Source of the DNA: Polyangiales bacterium
GTDB lineage: Bacteria > Myxococcota_A > Polyangia > Polyangiales > Ga0077539
NCBI GenBank assembly: GCA_044229975.1
Contig: JBGARZ010000005.1
Location: 493,551 to 557,550, forward strand
Direction: 5' to 3'
Length of the DNA stretch: 64,000 nucleotides
In this document: one piece after another, positions 18,971-28,441 of the stretch
Layout: each line of letters starts with the position of its first letter
Numbering within the stretch: position 1 is the first letter of the stretch
Translations under genes and position numbers: made by a program
Notes under the pieces: generated by a model
Databases searched by the model: none
What the model saw: the letters and a program-made list of their open reading frames with translations, nothing else
Told to the model about the DNA's origin: nothing

Positions 18971-19879
18971 ATGAGCGCACCCGCCTATCTGGAAGGGCTC
19001 CCCCGCACGAAGCGCCGCCGACCGGGGCTGTTGCTCGGCCTGTGGATCGTCCTCGTCGCCGTCTTCACCGTCGTCCTGGTGTTGCTTCCACGCTCACCCG
19101 CGGGGCCCGATGACCTCGCCGACGCACCGCCTCCACCCAGCGCGCTCGCGGAGCTCTTTGGGGCCTCGCCCTGGCTCTTCGCGAGCGTCGTCGCGCTCGC
19201 CTTCGTCGGCGTCGCGACCCTCGCGTACTCGCTGCTCATCCGCTCGCAGCGGCGGGTGCTGGTCCCGCTCCGGCTGGCCCGCCTCGCGATGGCCAACGGC
19301 GACCCCGACCTCGCGGTCGAGACCCTCCGCGACGCCGTGCGTGTGCAGCGCGGGCCGGGCATCCGGTCGGCGCTCTTCTACGCGCTCGCGCAGGTGGCCT
19401 CCGAGCGGGGGCACTTCACCGAGGCCCTCCAGATTCTCGACGAGGCCGAGACCGCCCTCGGCACCAACGTGACCCGCTCCAACCGCGAGAGCAGCGACTA
19501 CCGCGTCAACGTCCGCATGGCCCGCGCCGACGCGCTCCTCGCCCTCGGCCGCTTCGACCAGGCCGAGGCCGAGCTCACCCCGCTCCCTCCGGCGTGGATG
19601 CCCCTCGCCCACGCGTACGGCGTCGCCCTCTCCATCCGCCTCGCTGCGGGCCGACGCGACCACGCCACGACGCTGCGCCTGCTCGGCGAGCACGCCGTCT
19701 CCAACGAGCGGCGCCTCAGCCTCCGCGAGCGCTGGTTCCTTCGCGCCATCGAGCACCTCGCGCGCAGCGGCCACGTCCCCGTCGACGCCCTCCCCGACGA
19801 CCCCTCGCTCCGCGAGTGGATCGCCGCCCGTGTCCCTGGTTCCGACGTCACCATCAACGCCCTCGGAGGTGTCGCGTGA
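18971..19879 (+). CDS. Two-TM + TPR-like protein
   Basis: Two hydrophobic helices then TPR-like LAQVASERGHFTEALQIL and ADALLALGRFDQAEAEL. Confidence 0.75.
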   Translation: MSAPAYLEGLPRTKRRRPGLLLGLWIVLVAVFTVVLVLLPRSPAGPDDLADAPPPPSALAELFGASPWLFASVVALAFVGVATLAYSLLIRSQRRVLVPLRLARLAMANGDPDLAVETLRDAVRVQRGPGIRSALFYALAQVASERGHFTEALQILDEAETALGTNVTRSNRESSDYRVNVRMARADALLALGRFDQAEAELTPLPPAWMPLAHAYGVALSIRLAAGRRDHATTLRLLGEHAVSNERRLSLRERWFLRAIEHLARSGHVPVDALPDDPSLREWIAARVPGSDVTINALGGVA

Positions 19880-20730
19880 TCCGCTCCATCCCCATCGACC
19901 CCGCCGCCTACGCGTGGGTCTCGCGACCGCGCGTGATCATCTACCGCGGCCCGCTCGCGCTGCTCTCGACCTGCACCCTCGCCCTCTTCGCGGCCGTCGT
20001 CTGGGTGGGACGCCCCACCTTCCTCGCCGCCTACGCCGGAGTCGTCGCCGCCATCGTCGCTGCGATCCCCTGGTGGTGGAGCTTCCGGCGCGTCACCCGC
20101 GTCCACAACGCCGCCGTCACCGCCCTCGGCGAGGGCAACCACGCGAGCGCCCGCGCCACCTTCCGCGACGTCGTCGGCCTCATCGCGCCGCGCGGCGTGG
20201 CGGCCACCGCGCTGCACAACCTCGGCTACCTCGCCCTGCTCGCGGGCGACTTCCCCGCGGCCGAGGCCCTGCTCCGCGCCGCCGCCGACGCGCTCGGCAC
20301 CCGCCGCGTCGAGGAGGAAAACGCCATCCGCGTGCTCATCGACACCCGCCACGCGATGGCCCTCGCGCGCCTCGGCCGACTCGACGAGGCCGACGCCGTC
20401 CTCGCGCGCGTCGAGGCCGACTCCATGGAGTCGCACGCCCACCTCGCGCTCTCCCGCGCGCTCGTCGATTTCCAGCGCGGCCGCCACGACGCCGTCGTCG
20501 AGACGCTCGACCGCGCCCGTCCCCTCGTGGCGCGCACGCTGGCGGGGGAGTTTTCGCTGCTCGCCGTCGCCCTCGACGCGATGGCCGTCCGACAGATGAG
20601 CGGCATCTACCGGGGGACCGTTCGCCGCGCCGCCGTGCTCCCGTGCAGCGACGCCGTGCGCGAGAGCGTCGAGCGCCTGCTGCCGGGCGCCTCCGACGTG
20701 CTGCCCGGCCCCGACGAGCTCGCGGCGTAG
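19876..20730 (+). CDS. Two-TM + TPR-like protein
   Basis: GTGA-coupled; ALHNLGYLALLAGDFPAAEALL; AMALARLGRLDEADAVL. Confidence 0.75.
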   Translation: MIRSIPIDPAAYAWVSRPRVIIYRGPLALLSTCTLALFAAVVWVGRPTFLAAYAGVVAAIVAAIPWWWSFRRVTRVHNAAVTALGEGNHASARATFRDVVGLIAPRGVAATALHNLGYLALLAGDFPAAEALLRAAADALGTRRVEEENAIRVLIDTRHAMALARLGRLDEADAVLARVEADSMESHAHLALSRALVDFQRGRHDAVVETLDRARPLVARTLAGEFSLLAVALDAMAVRQMSGIYRGTVRRAAVLPCSDAVRESVERLLPGASDVLPGPDELAA

Positions 20731-20751
20731 CGCGAGGCCGTCGATCGTTGG

Positions 20752-20790
20752 CCGGGGTTCGGGCGTCGGCCCTCACCGCCCGAACCCCGG
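20752..20790. terminator. 14-bp stem hairpin between convergent genes (terminator or minimal REP-like unit)
   Basis: CCGGGGTTCGGGCG-11 nt-CGCCCGAACCCCGG; no U-tract. Confidence 0.5.
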
Positions 20791-20820
20791 ACCCGCGACC
20801 CCGCTCCAACCCCGTATCCC

Positions 20821-21606
20821 CTACCGCGGTCGAAACCAGTACCGGTGGCGCACCATCAGCGCGCCGAAGAGCCGTTGCTCGTGCACCGCGACGACGGTGC
20901 AGCCCGGCCAGTGCTCCGGGTCGCAGTCCGCGGGGCGCGCCGCCGACGAGGCCGCCCAGAGCGTCAGCGTCTCCTCCAACGGAAGCGGCAGCCGTCCCAG
21001 CGCCGTGACGAGCCACACGCCCGTCCCGTCGTCGCGCCCAATTCGCGCGCGGGTCGTCAGCCGAACGCCGTCGACCACCGCGCCGTCGCGCGAGACCTCG
21101 TCGAGGCGGAGGTGCCCGGTGAGGTTGCACCCGGGCAGCGGAAACACCGCGCTCATCAGCCCGACGCCCCCGTGCGTCACGACCCCATAGGCCATGACCT
21201 GCATCGTGGCCGCCCGGTCGGTGTACCGCCGCACCACGCCGCGCACCTTGTCGCGCCCGTCCCGCGCGCCCTCCAACGCGAAGGTCTCCACCGCGATGGT
21301 GCACCCATCCACCGGAACGCAGAGCTGCCCCAGCCAGCGCGCGACCCGGTGCCACAGCCTTCCGACGAGGCGAAACGGCGACCGCCACGACGGCTCGATG
21401 CGCAGGTCGAGCGACGCCGGGTCGACGAAGAACGCCGCCACCCCGACGTCCATCCGCGACGGCTCGATGGCGTCGTGGGCGAGGTCGTCGAGCGAGTCGA
21501 CGAGCCCGCGCGGCGCCGTCGCCGTCGTCGTGAGACCCGCCCGCGCAAACCAGTCGGCGCCGATGCGCCACCCCCCGCGGAGGCGGCTCCATCGTTGGCC
21601 CGTCAC
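20821..21606 (-). CDS. Hypothetical protein
   Basis: GTGA-coupled to the DUF952 gene; globular-looking (GQLCVP..., GLMSAVFPLPGCNLTGHLRL, LPLEETL.LW, HEQRLFG). Confidence 0.65.
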   Translation of the reverse strand: MTGQRWSRLRGGWRIGADWFARAGLTTTATAPRGLVDSLDDLAHDAIEPSRMDVGVAAFFVDPASLDLRIEPSWRSPFRLVGRLWHRVARWLGQLCVPVDGCTIAVETFALEGARDGRDKVRGVVRRYTDRAATMQVMAYGVVTHGGVGLMSAVFPLPGCNLTGHLRLDEVSRDGAVVDGVRLTTRARIGRDDGTGVWLVTALGRLPLPLEETLTLWAASSAARPADCDPEHWPGCTVVAVHEQRLFGALMVRHRYWFRPR

Positions 21607-21941
21607 CGCGGCTCTCCCTCCGGCGCGTCGATGACCTCGTCGGGCGCCGCGTCGAAGTCGTCGAGCCGCCACACCCGACGCACCGCGCCCGGCGGAATCA
21701 CCCCCTCGATGTGCGGCATCACCCCGCGCGGCGTCACGGCGAGGTCGACCGGGACGTCGAGTTGGCGCGGGTCGATCTGCAACACCGACGGCGCCGTCGG
21801 TCCGGTGAAGTACAGCCGCGCGCTCTCCCGCACGGCGTCGCGATACGACGCGTGGACGAAGCCCTCGCGCCCGAGCGACGCGGGCGCGCAGGCGGCGGCG
21901 AGGTCGTCCCCGTCGAGCGTGAGGTGATAGAGCCAGCGCAT
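21603..21941 (-). CDS. DUF952 family protein
   Basis: LYHL...PASLGREGFVHAS...ARLYF...VLQIDP..L...MPHIEGVIP..AV. Confidence 0.8.
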   Translation of the reverse strand: MRWLYHLTLDGDDLAAACAPASLGREGFVHASYRDAVRESARLYFTGPTAPSVLQIDPRQLDVPVDLAVTPRGVMPHIEGVIPPGAVRRVWRLDDFDAAPDEVIDAPEGEPR

Positions 21942-22088
21942 CGTCAACGCGGCCTCCCGGGCGTCACGTGGTGATTCATGGCGGCCTTCGACGGCTACCA
22001 CGAACGCGACGGTCCGATGGGGATGTGTCGGGAAGGAGGGAAGTGACCCCACCCGCGTCGGCGCGGGGTCACCGGAGGAGGGAGAAGG

Positions 22089-25000
22089 TCAGAAGCAGGC
22101 GACGCTCTTCACGATCTGGACGGACGAGCCCGAGATCTCCGAGAGGCTCGTGTACCCAGCGGGGATGCCGCTGATGCTCGAGTGGGCGTAGGAGCCCCAG
22201 GCGAGCGCGCCGACGGTCTGCCCCGCGAGGAGGGGATGGCTCGCGCCAGCCGTGGTGATCGCGGTCGGGTCGCCGCTGGCGCCGCCCGTCGCGAGGCCGC
22301 TGCCGAAGGTGCCCGCGTAGGTGGCGAGCGAGAGCCCCGAGCAGCCGGTGCTGAAGTAGAGGCCGGTGTGGCCGCCGTCGGCGTTGCGGCCGAGGCCGCC
22401 GAGGTAGCGCACCGCGTTGGCGATGAACGTCCGCGCCGACGCGTTGCTCGCAGGCCCGGCGTGGAAGGCCGCGTCCGTGGTGGTGATCTCGATGCGGCCG
22501 CTCGCGACGGCCGGGCCCCAGGCAGCCTGGCTCGACTGGAACGCCGAGAAGTCATCTCCACCACACTCGCCGCCGACCCAGAGCAGGTCGTACTGGCCGA
22601 AGTTCGCGGTGGTCAGCGCCGACCAGGCCGCGTTGGACACGCGCGTCACCACCGTGCCCGACGGGAAGTACGTCGTGGAGTTGGTGTCGCTCGCGTTGGT
22701 GAGCACCAGCACGCGGTACGGGCCGGCGTAGCAGGCGAAGCCGCAGGTGCCGGACGCGCACGAGCCGCCGGCGCACACGTTGCCGCAGGTGCCGCAGTTG
22801 GACGGGTTGGTGGCGAGGGTGACCTCGCAGCCGTCGCTCGCCACGCCGTTGCAGTCGGCGAAGCCCGCCATGCAGGTGAACCCGCAGGTGCTCGTCGTGC
22901 ACGTCGAGACCGCGTTGGCGCGCGCCGGGCACACGGTGCCGCAGGTGCCGCAGTTGTTGACGTTGCTGCGCACGTCGACCTCGCAGCCGTTGCCGGAGAT
23001 GCGGTCGCAGTCCGCGAAGTTGGCGTTGCAGACGAAGTTGCACGCGCTCCCCACGCAGACGGGCGACGCCGCCGTGCGCGCCGGGCACGCGATGGCGCAG
23101 CCGCCGCAGTTGCTCGGGTCGATGGCCGTGTTGACGCAGCTCCCGCTGCAGGTCGTGAGGCCCGCCGCGCAGGTCGTCACGCAGACGCCCGCCGCGCAGA
23201 TCTGCCCGGCGGTGCACGCCGTGCCGCAGCCGCCGCAATTGGCGCGGTCGGTCAGCGTGTCGCGGCAGGTGCCCGAGCAGTTGGTCTGGCCCGCGAGGCA
23301 CGTGGTCACGCACGACCCGCTCGAACACACCTGGCCCGCGAGGCAGGCGCGGCCGCACACCCCGCAGTTGGTGTTGTCGTTGCTCACCGTCACGCACGAG
23401 CCGCCGCAGTTGGTCTGGCCCGTCGGGCACGACACCACGCAGCCGCCCGCGAGGCACGCCTCGCCCGACGCGCACGCCCGACCGCACATGCCGCAGTGGG
23501 CGCGGTCGGTCTGGAGGTCACGGCACGAGCCCGAGCAGTTGTTGAGGCCCGCGGCGCAGGACACCACGCACGCGCTCCCCGAGCACACCTGGCCCGCGGC
23601 GCAGGTCACGCCGCAGCCGCCGCAGTTCGCCCGGTCGCTGGTGAGGTCGCGGCACGAGCCCGAGCAGTTGGTGAGGCCCGTGAGGCACGACACCACGCAG
23701 GTGCCCGCCGAGCACACCTGACCGGCCGCGCACGACCGGCCGCACATCCCGCAGTTGGCGCGGTCGTTGTCGAGGTCACGGCACGAGCCCGAGCAGTTGG
23801 TGAGCCCCGCCACGCACGACACGACGCAGGCGCCCCCCGAGCACACCTGACCGGCCGCGCACGAGACGCCGCACATGCCGCAGTTGGCGCGGTCGCTGGT
23901 GAGGTCGCGGCACGATCCGCCGCACGAGGTGAAGCCCGTGGCGCAGGACACCACGCAGGCGCCCGCCGAGCACACCTGCCCGGCCGGGCACGAGTTGCCG
24001 CACATGCCGCAGTTGGCGCGGTCGTTCTGCACGTCGCGGCACGAGCCCGAGCAGTTGGTCTGCCCGGCCACGCACGACACCACGCACATCCCGCCGGAGC
24101 ACACCTGCCCCGAGGCGCACTCGTTGCCGCAGGTGCCGCAGTTGGAGCGGTCGCTCTGCACGTCGCGGCACGAGCCCGAGCAGTTGGTGAGGCTCGACGC
24201 GCACGACACGACGCACGCGCCGCCCGAGCACACCTGGCCGGCCATGCACGTGCGCCCGCACGCCCCGCAGTGGTTGAGGTCGGTCTGGAGGTCGCGGCAC
24301 GAGCCCGCGCAGTCCGAGAGGCCCGCCGTGCACGAGGTCACGCACGCGCCGCCCGAGCACACCTGACCGGCCGCGCACGCCTGGCCGCACATGCCGCAGT
24401 TGGCGCGGTCGCTGTCGAGGTCACGGCACGAGCCCGAGCAGTTGCTGAGACCCGTCCCGCAGGAGGTCACGCACATCGCCCCGGAGCACACCTGGCCCGC
24501 GGCGCAGCTCACGCCGCACATGCCGCAGTTGGCCCGGTCGCTGGTGAGGTCGCGGCACGAGCCCATGCAGTCCGTGAGGCCGCCGCCGCAGGTCGTCGCG
24601 CAGGTCGCGCCAGAGCACACCTGACCGGCGCCGCACGCGTTGCCGCACACGCCGCAGTGGCCGCGGTCGCTCTGGAGGTCGCGGCACGAGCCGTCGCAGT
24701 CGACCTGTCCGGTCGGGCACGACGTCATGCAGACGCCCGCGGTGCACGCCTGGCCCGGCATGCAGCTACGGCCGCACATGCCGCAGTTGGCGCGGTCGCC
24801 CTGGAGGTCACGGCACGAGCCCGAGCACTCCGTCAGGCCCATGGTGCAGGAGGTCTGGCAGCTGCCCGCCATGCACACCTGACCGGCCGGGCACATGTTG
24901 CCGCAGGCGCCGCAGTTGTTGCGGTCTTCCTGCACGTTGGCGCAGTAGCCCGCCGCGCCGGCGTCCATGCCCGTCGCCATGCAGGCCGTGAAGCCCTGGG

Positions 25001-25601
25001 CGCAGCTCGTCACGCAACGGCTGCCGTCGCAGGTCTCGCCCGCGCGGCAGGCCGTCCCGCACGACCCGCAGTTGGCCGGGTCGCGCGTCAGGTCGGAGCA
25101 GGTGCGCGAGCCGCCCGCCGTCGTGCAGGTGGTGAGCCCGCCCGTGCAGGTGAGCTGACACACGCCCATCGAGCAGACCTCGCCGGGCCCGCACCGCGTG
25201 CCGCACGCCGCGCAGTTGTTGTTGTCCGTCGCGAGCAGCACGCACTGCTCGGCGCCCGCGTCGGCGCCCGCGTCACCGCCGCCCCGACACACGGTCTGGC
25301 CCGTCGGGCAGACGATGCGACAGACGCCCTCGCGGCACTGGGTGCCGACGCCGCATGCGTTGCCGCACGCGCCGCAGTTGAGGTTGTCCATCGCGATCTG
25401 CGCGCACGCGTTGTTGCAGAGCAGCTGGCCCGTGGGGCAGGTGAGCGGCACGTCCACGGCGACGTCGACGGTGACGTCGGCGCCGGCGTCGACGGGCGGC
25501 GCTCCCACCACGGACGTTCCGCTGGTACAGCCCGCGAGCGCGGTGAGCGATGCCATGGCGACGAAAGCCGCGGCACGAAATGTTGGCAATGACCAGTCCA
25601 T
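22089..25601 (-). CDS. Large Cys-rich repeat lipoprotein (~20 Stig1/MXAN_6577-like repeats) with a globular C-terminal domain
   Basis: AGGAGG RBS; lipobox LAGC; 43-aa, 8-Cys unit C..GLTNCSGSCRDL.SDRANCGMCG..CAAGQVCSGGACVVS. Confidence 0.9.
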   Translation of the reverse strand: MDWSLPTFRAAAFVAMASLTALAGCTSGTSVVGAPPVDAGADVTVDVAVDVPLTCPTGQLLCNNACAQIAMDNLNCGACGNACGVGTQCREGVCRIVCPTGQTVCRGGGDAGADAGAEQCVLLATDNNNCAACGTRCGPGEVCSMGVCQLTCTGGLTTCTTAGGSRTCSDLTRDPANCGSCGTACRAGETCDGSRCVTSCAQGFTACMATGMDAGAAGYCANVQEDRNNCGACGNMCPAGQVCMAGSCQTSCTMGLTECSGSCRDLQGDRANCGMCGRSCMPGQACTAGVCMTSCPTGQVDCDGSCRDLQSDRGHCGVCGNACGAGQVCSGATCATTCGGGLTDCMGSCRDLTSDRANCGMCGVSCAAGQVCSGAMCVTSCGTGLSNCSGSCRDLDSDRANCGMCGQACAAGQVCSGGACVTSCTAGLSDCAGSCRDLQTDLNHCGACGRTCMAGQVCSGGACVVSCASSLTNCSGSCRDVQSDRSNCGTCGNECASGQVCSGGMCVVSCVAGQTNCSGSCRDVQNDRANCGMCGNSCPAGQVCSAGACVVSCATGFTSCGGSCRDLTSDRANCGMCGVSCAAGQVCSGGACVVSCVAGLTNCSGSCRDLDNDRANCGMCGRSCAAGQVCSAGTCVVSCLTGLTNCSGSCRDLTSDRANCGGCGVTCAAGQVCSGSACVVSCAAGLNNCSGSCRDLQTDRAHCGMCGRACASGEACLAGGCVVSCPTGQTNCGGSCVTVSNDNTNCGVCGRACLAGQVCSSGSCVTTCLAGQTNCSGTCRDTLTDRANCGGCGTACTAGQICAAGVCVTTCAAGLTTCSGSCVNTAIDPSNCGGCAIACPARTAASPVCVGSACNFVCNANFADCDRISGNGCEVDVRSNVNNCGTCGTVCPARANAVSTCTTSTCGFTCMAGFADCNGVASDGCEVTLATNPSNCGTCGNVCAGGSCASGTCGFACYAGPYRVLVLTNASDTNSTTYFPSGTVVTRVSNAAWSALTTANFGQYDLLWVGGECGGDDFSAFQSSQAAWGPAVASGRIEITTTDAAFHAGPASNASARTFIANAVRYLGGLGRNADGGHTGLYFSTGCSGLSLATYAGTFGSGLATGGASGDPTAITTAGASHPLLAGQTVGALAWGSYAHSSISGIPAGYTSLSEISGSSVQIVKSVACF
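22745..25440 (-). repeat. Intragenic 129-bp tandem repeats encoding the Cys-rich units
   Basis: GAGCACACCTG recurs with a 129-bp period (e.g. 23581, 23710). Confidence 0.85.
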
Positions 25602-25704
25602 GGGAATCCTCCTGCTCGACCGCGGAGCGTCGAGCGTCCAACCGGGGACACAGCGTCGCACCCTGTGCAACGATCTGTGAAGAGACATGTTGGGTCACCT
25701 GACG

Positions 25705-27228
25705 ATGGGCGGACGAGTGCGGCACACCTGGACGGCGTTTGTAGTGTTTTCGGTGCTCGCGGCCGACCCGACGAGGGCGCTCGGCAACGGGCGTTTCCCT
25801 ACAGCCAACTACTTCATCGCGGGGCCCGGAACGACCAACCAGGTGCTCGCGCTACGCACCACCTTCGGGCTGGTGGTGTCGCGCGACGCGGGTCGCTCGT
25901 GGGGGTGGGTCTGCGAAGAGGGCTACGGCGCGGTGAGCTCCGGCGACCCGTCGTTCTCCATCGGGTCCGACGGCAATCTCGTGATCGCGACGGTCAACGG
26001 GATGTTCGGCGCCGACCCGGCTTTCTGCGCGTGGGGGCGCGCCCCGGGGACGCCCGAGCGCGGCTTCGTCGACGTGGCGCACACCGCCGACAACCGCGCG
26101 ATGGTGGCCGTCGCGGGGTCGCCCACGTACCAGCTCTTCCGCTCGGACGACAGCGGCCGAAACTGGGCCGCGGGCGCCTCGCTCACCGGGTACTTCGCCG
26201 AGACGGCGGACGTGGCGCCGAGTGATCCCACGCGCGTCTACGCGACGGCGTACGGCTCCGGCGCGGTGCCTGTGTTTCTGCGCAGCGACGACGGCGGGCG
26301 CACGGTGCGCGAGATGACCCGCGACTTCGACGGGGCCGACGGCAGCGGGTACATCGCGGCCGTCGACGCGCGCCGGCCCGACGTGGTGTACGTGCGGGCC
26401 AACCTCGGCATCGGCACCATCCTGCTGAAGAGCACCAACGGGGGGATGAGCTTCACGCGCATCGGGCGCACCACCAGCGCCATGGTCGGCTTCGCCCTCT
26501 CGGACGACGGCGACACCGTGTGGATCGCCGGCGCCGACCGCGCCGAAGGTCTCCAGCGCTCGGTGCGCGGCGGGCCGTGGACGCGCGTCGGCGGCGACCT
26601 CAACGTGAAGTGCCTCCGCTACCACGCGGGGATGCTCTTCGTGTGCGCCGACGAGGCCGTCGACGGCTACGCCCTCGGATGGTCCCGCGACAACGGCGAC
26701 CACATCGATCCGCTGCTCGCGCTGCGCCGCCTCAGCGGGGTGTCCCCCGCGTGCGCAGGCACGCCCGTCGATCGAACGTGTAGCCCGACCTGGTCGATGC
26801 AGACCATGCTGCTGCGGAGCATCGACGCGAGCGCGCCGCGCGACCCGGTGTTCTACGACGACGCGGGCATGGAGGCGGGCACCGAGGCAGGCGCCGACGC
26901 GGGCGCCCTCGACGACCGCGGAGACCTCGACGCCACCGCCGTCACCGACGCGGGCCTCGACGTCGGCGTGACGGCCCGGGACGTCGTCGATGCGTCACCC
27001 GTCGACGCCCCGATGGACGCGCGCACCGACGCCGGGACGACGCCCGATGTCAGACCCGCCGTCCCGCCGCCTGCGACGGGCTGCGGCTGCCGCGCTGGTG
27101 CGACGGAAGACGGCGGGCGCTACGGAATTGCAGCGCTCGTCGCGGGCCTCAGCGTGATGACGCGTCGTCGTCGTCGGGCAGGCGCACCACCAGGCCCGAC
27201 GGAGCGTCGAAGGGGTCGTCGTTGGTGA
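25705..27228 (+). CDS. Secreted BNR/Asp-box beta-propeller protein with MYXO-CTERM-like tail
   Basis: Asp-boxes SRDAGRSW, SDDSGRNW, SDDGGRT, STNGGMSF; acidic DAG linker; GCGCRAG-TM-RRRRR. Start could be 25687. Confidence 0.85.
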   Translation: MGGRVRHTWTAFVVFSVLAADPTRALGNGRFPTANYFIAGPGTTNQVLALRTTFGLVVSRDAGRSWGWVCEEGYGAVSSGDPSFSIGSDGNLVIATVNGMFGADPAFCAWGRAPGTPERGFVDVAHTADNRAMVAVAGSPTYQLFRSDDSGRNWAAGASLTGYFAETADVAPSDPTRVYATAYGSGAVPVFLRSDDGGRTVREMTRDFDGADGSGYIAAVDARRPDVVYVRANLGIGTILLKSTNGGMSFTRIGRTTSAMVGFALSDDGDTVWIAGADRAEGLQRSVRGGPWTRVGGDLNVKCLRYHAGMLFVCADEAVDGYALGWSRDNGDHIDPLLALRRLSGVSPACAGTPVDRTCSPTWSMQTMLLRSIDASAPRDPVFYDDAGMEAGTEAGADAGALDDRGDLDATAVTDAGLDVGVTARDVVDASPVDAPMDARTDAGTTPDVRPAVPPPATGCGCRAGATEDGGRYGIAALVAGLSVMTRRRRRAGAPPGPTERRRGRRW

Positions 27229-28441
27229 GCACCCACAGCGTCGGCAGCGACGGCGGCTGCGACGGTCCGTCCCCCTTGCCGTCGGTGAAGTACACCACTC
27301 CTTCGTGACGACCGCCGTCGACGCGCGCCTGCTCGAACACCGGCGCGAAGTCCGTGTCGCCGCCGCCCAGAAACACTTCTATCGCAGCGCCCAGCCCGTA
27401 GACCCGCAGCACCGCGGCGTCGCACTCGACCACCGTCACGCTCGCCACGCGACCGAGCCGGCGTAGCTCTCGCGCGACGCGACCGAGCACCTCGGCGCTC
27501 ATGCTCCCGGAGGTGTCCACGCCCACCAGCAGCCGCGGCCGGGGCGGGCGGCGCGCCCTCCCCGGAACCTCCCCCAGCCGGTGGGGAAAGCGGCGGTTCA
27601 CGCGTCGATGATCGGGGTGCACCACGCGCCGCCGGGGGAAGGCCCGCGCCAGCACGCGCGCCCAGTCGAGGGCTCCGCGGCCCGGTGGGTCGGTGACGGC
27701 GCGCTCCAGCTCCTTGGTGATGAGCTTGCGCTGCGGGTCTGTCGTCGGGTCGTCGTCGCCCTCGCCGAGACCGCGGAGGTGATCGAGGATGGTGCGCTTC
27801 ATCCGCGCGATGGCCTCGGCGTGGGTGGGCGGGCCGAGGCCGAAGGCGCGGTTCCAGTTGCGGGCGGACGAGCGATCGCTGCGACGGTCGAGCGCGTCGC
27901 CAAGCCCGGCGCCCGCGGACGCTCCACCGCGACCCGGTCGGTGCGAGTCGATCATGCGGTGCTCCCACTCGATGAAGTACAGCCGACCGTCACGAAACGC
28001 CTCTTCCAACAGGGCGTAGCGCTCCAGGGTGCTCTGCCCCGCGCGCAGCCCGAAGGCCGCGAAGTCGCGCAGGTGGATGCCGCCCGGCAGCGGGTCGGTG
28101 ATGGGCTCGTTGGCCGACACCTCCATCGCGATCTCCATCACGCGAGGCGCCTCCACGGCGTGGATGCGCGCGCTCGTCAGGTGCCCGAGCACCACGTGCT
28201 GGATCTCGTGGAGCAGGATGCCCGCCATGTACTCGGGGTGCTCCTCGAAGTAGGCGGTGTTGACCATGAGGTCGATGCGCGAGCGCGGATCGCGCGGGCG
28301 TTGCAGCGCCACGGCCATGGTGTCGACGGCGCGGGTCGAGCGCGGGTCCATGCGCGCGAGCACTCCCGCGTAGTGGGGAAAGCGCGCGACGAAGCCCGAC
28401 GCCTCCAGCCAGCGGTCGAACCACCCGGCGCGCTCGCTCAT
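27149..28441 (-). CDS. HExxH metallopeptidase + vWA-like protein (DUF2201-type)
   Basis: GILLHEIQHVVLGH; VGVDTSGSMS; VVECDA; GGGDTDFAPVF; VYFTDGKG. ATGA-coupled to the ATPase. Confidence 0.9.
   Translation of the reverse strand: MSERAGWFDRWLEASGFVARFPHYAGVLARMDPRSTRAVDTMAVALQRPRDPRSRIDLMVNTAYFEEHPEYMAGILLHEIQHVVLGHLTSARIHAVEAPRVMEIAMEVSANEPITDPLPGGIHLRDFAAFGLRAGQSTLERYALLEEAFRDGRLYFIEWEHRMIDSHRPGRGGASAGAGLGDALDRRSDRSSARNWNRAFGLGPPTHAEAIARMKRTILDHLRGLGEGDDDPTTDPQRKLITKELERAVTDPPGRGALDWARVLARAFPRRRVVHPDHRRVNRRFPHRLGEVPGRARRPPRPRLLVGVDTSGSMSAEVLGRVARELRRLGRVASVTVVECDAAVLRVYGLGAAIEVFLGGGDTDFAPVFEQARVDGGRHEGVVYFTDGKGDGPSQPPSLPTLWVLTNDDPFDAPSGLVVRLPDDDDASSR

Noticed and set aside
22182..25592. 1136-aa plus-strand ORF and many other long alternative-frame ORFs (e.g. 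117-1388, 31567-34062, 42310-43980, 50518-52437)
   Set aside because: Shadow ORFs of high-GC genes: Arg/Ala/Gly-rich, motif-free and overlapping clearly recognisable genes.
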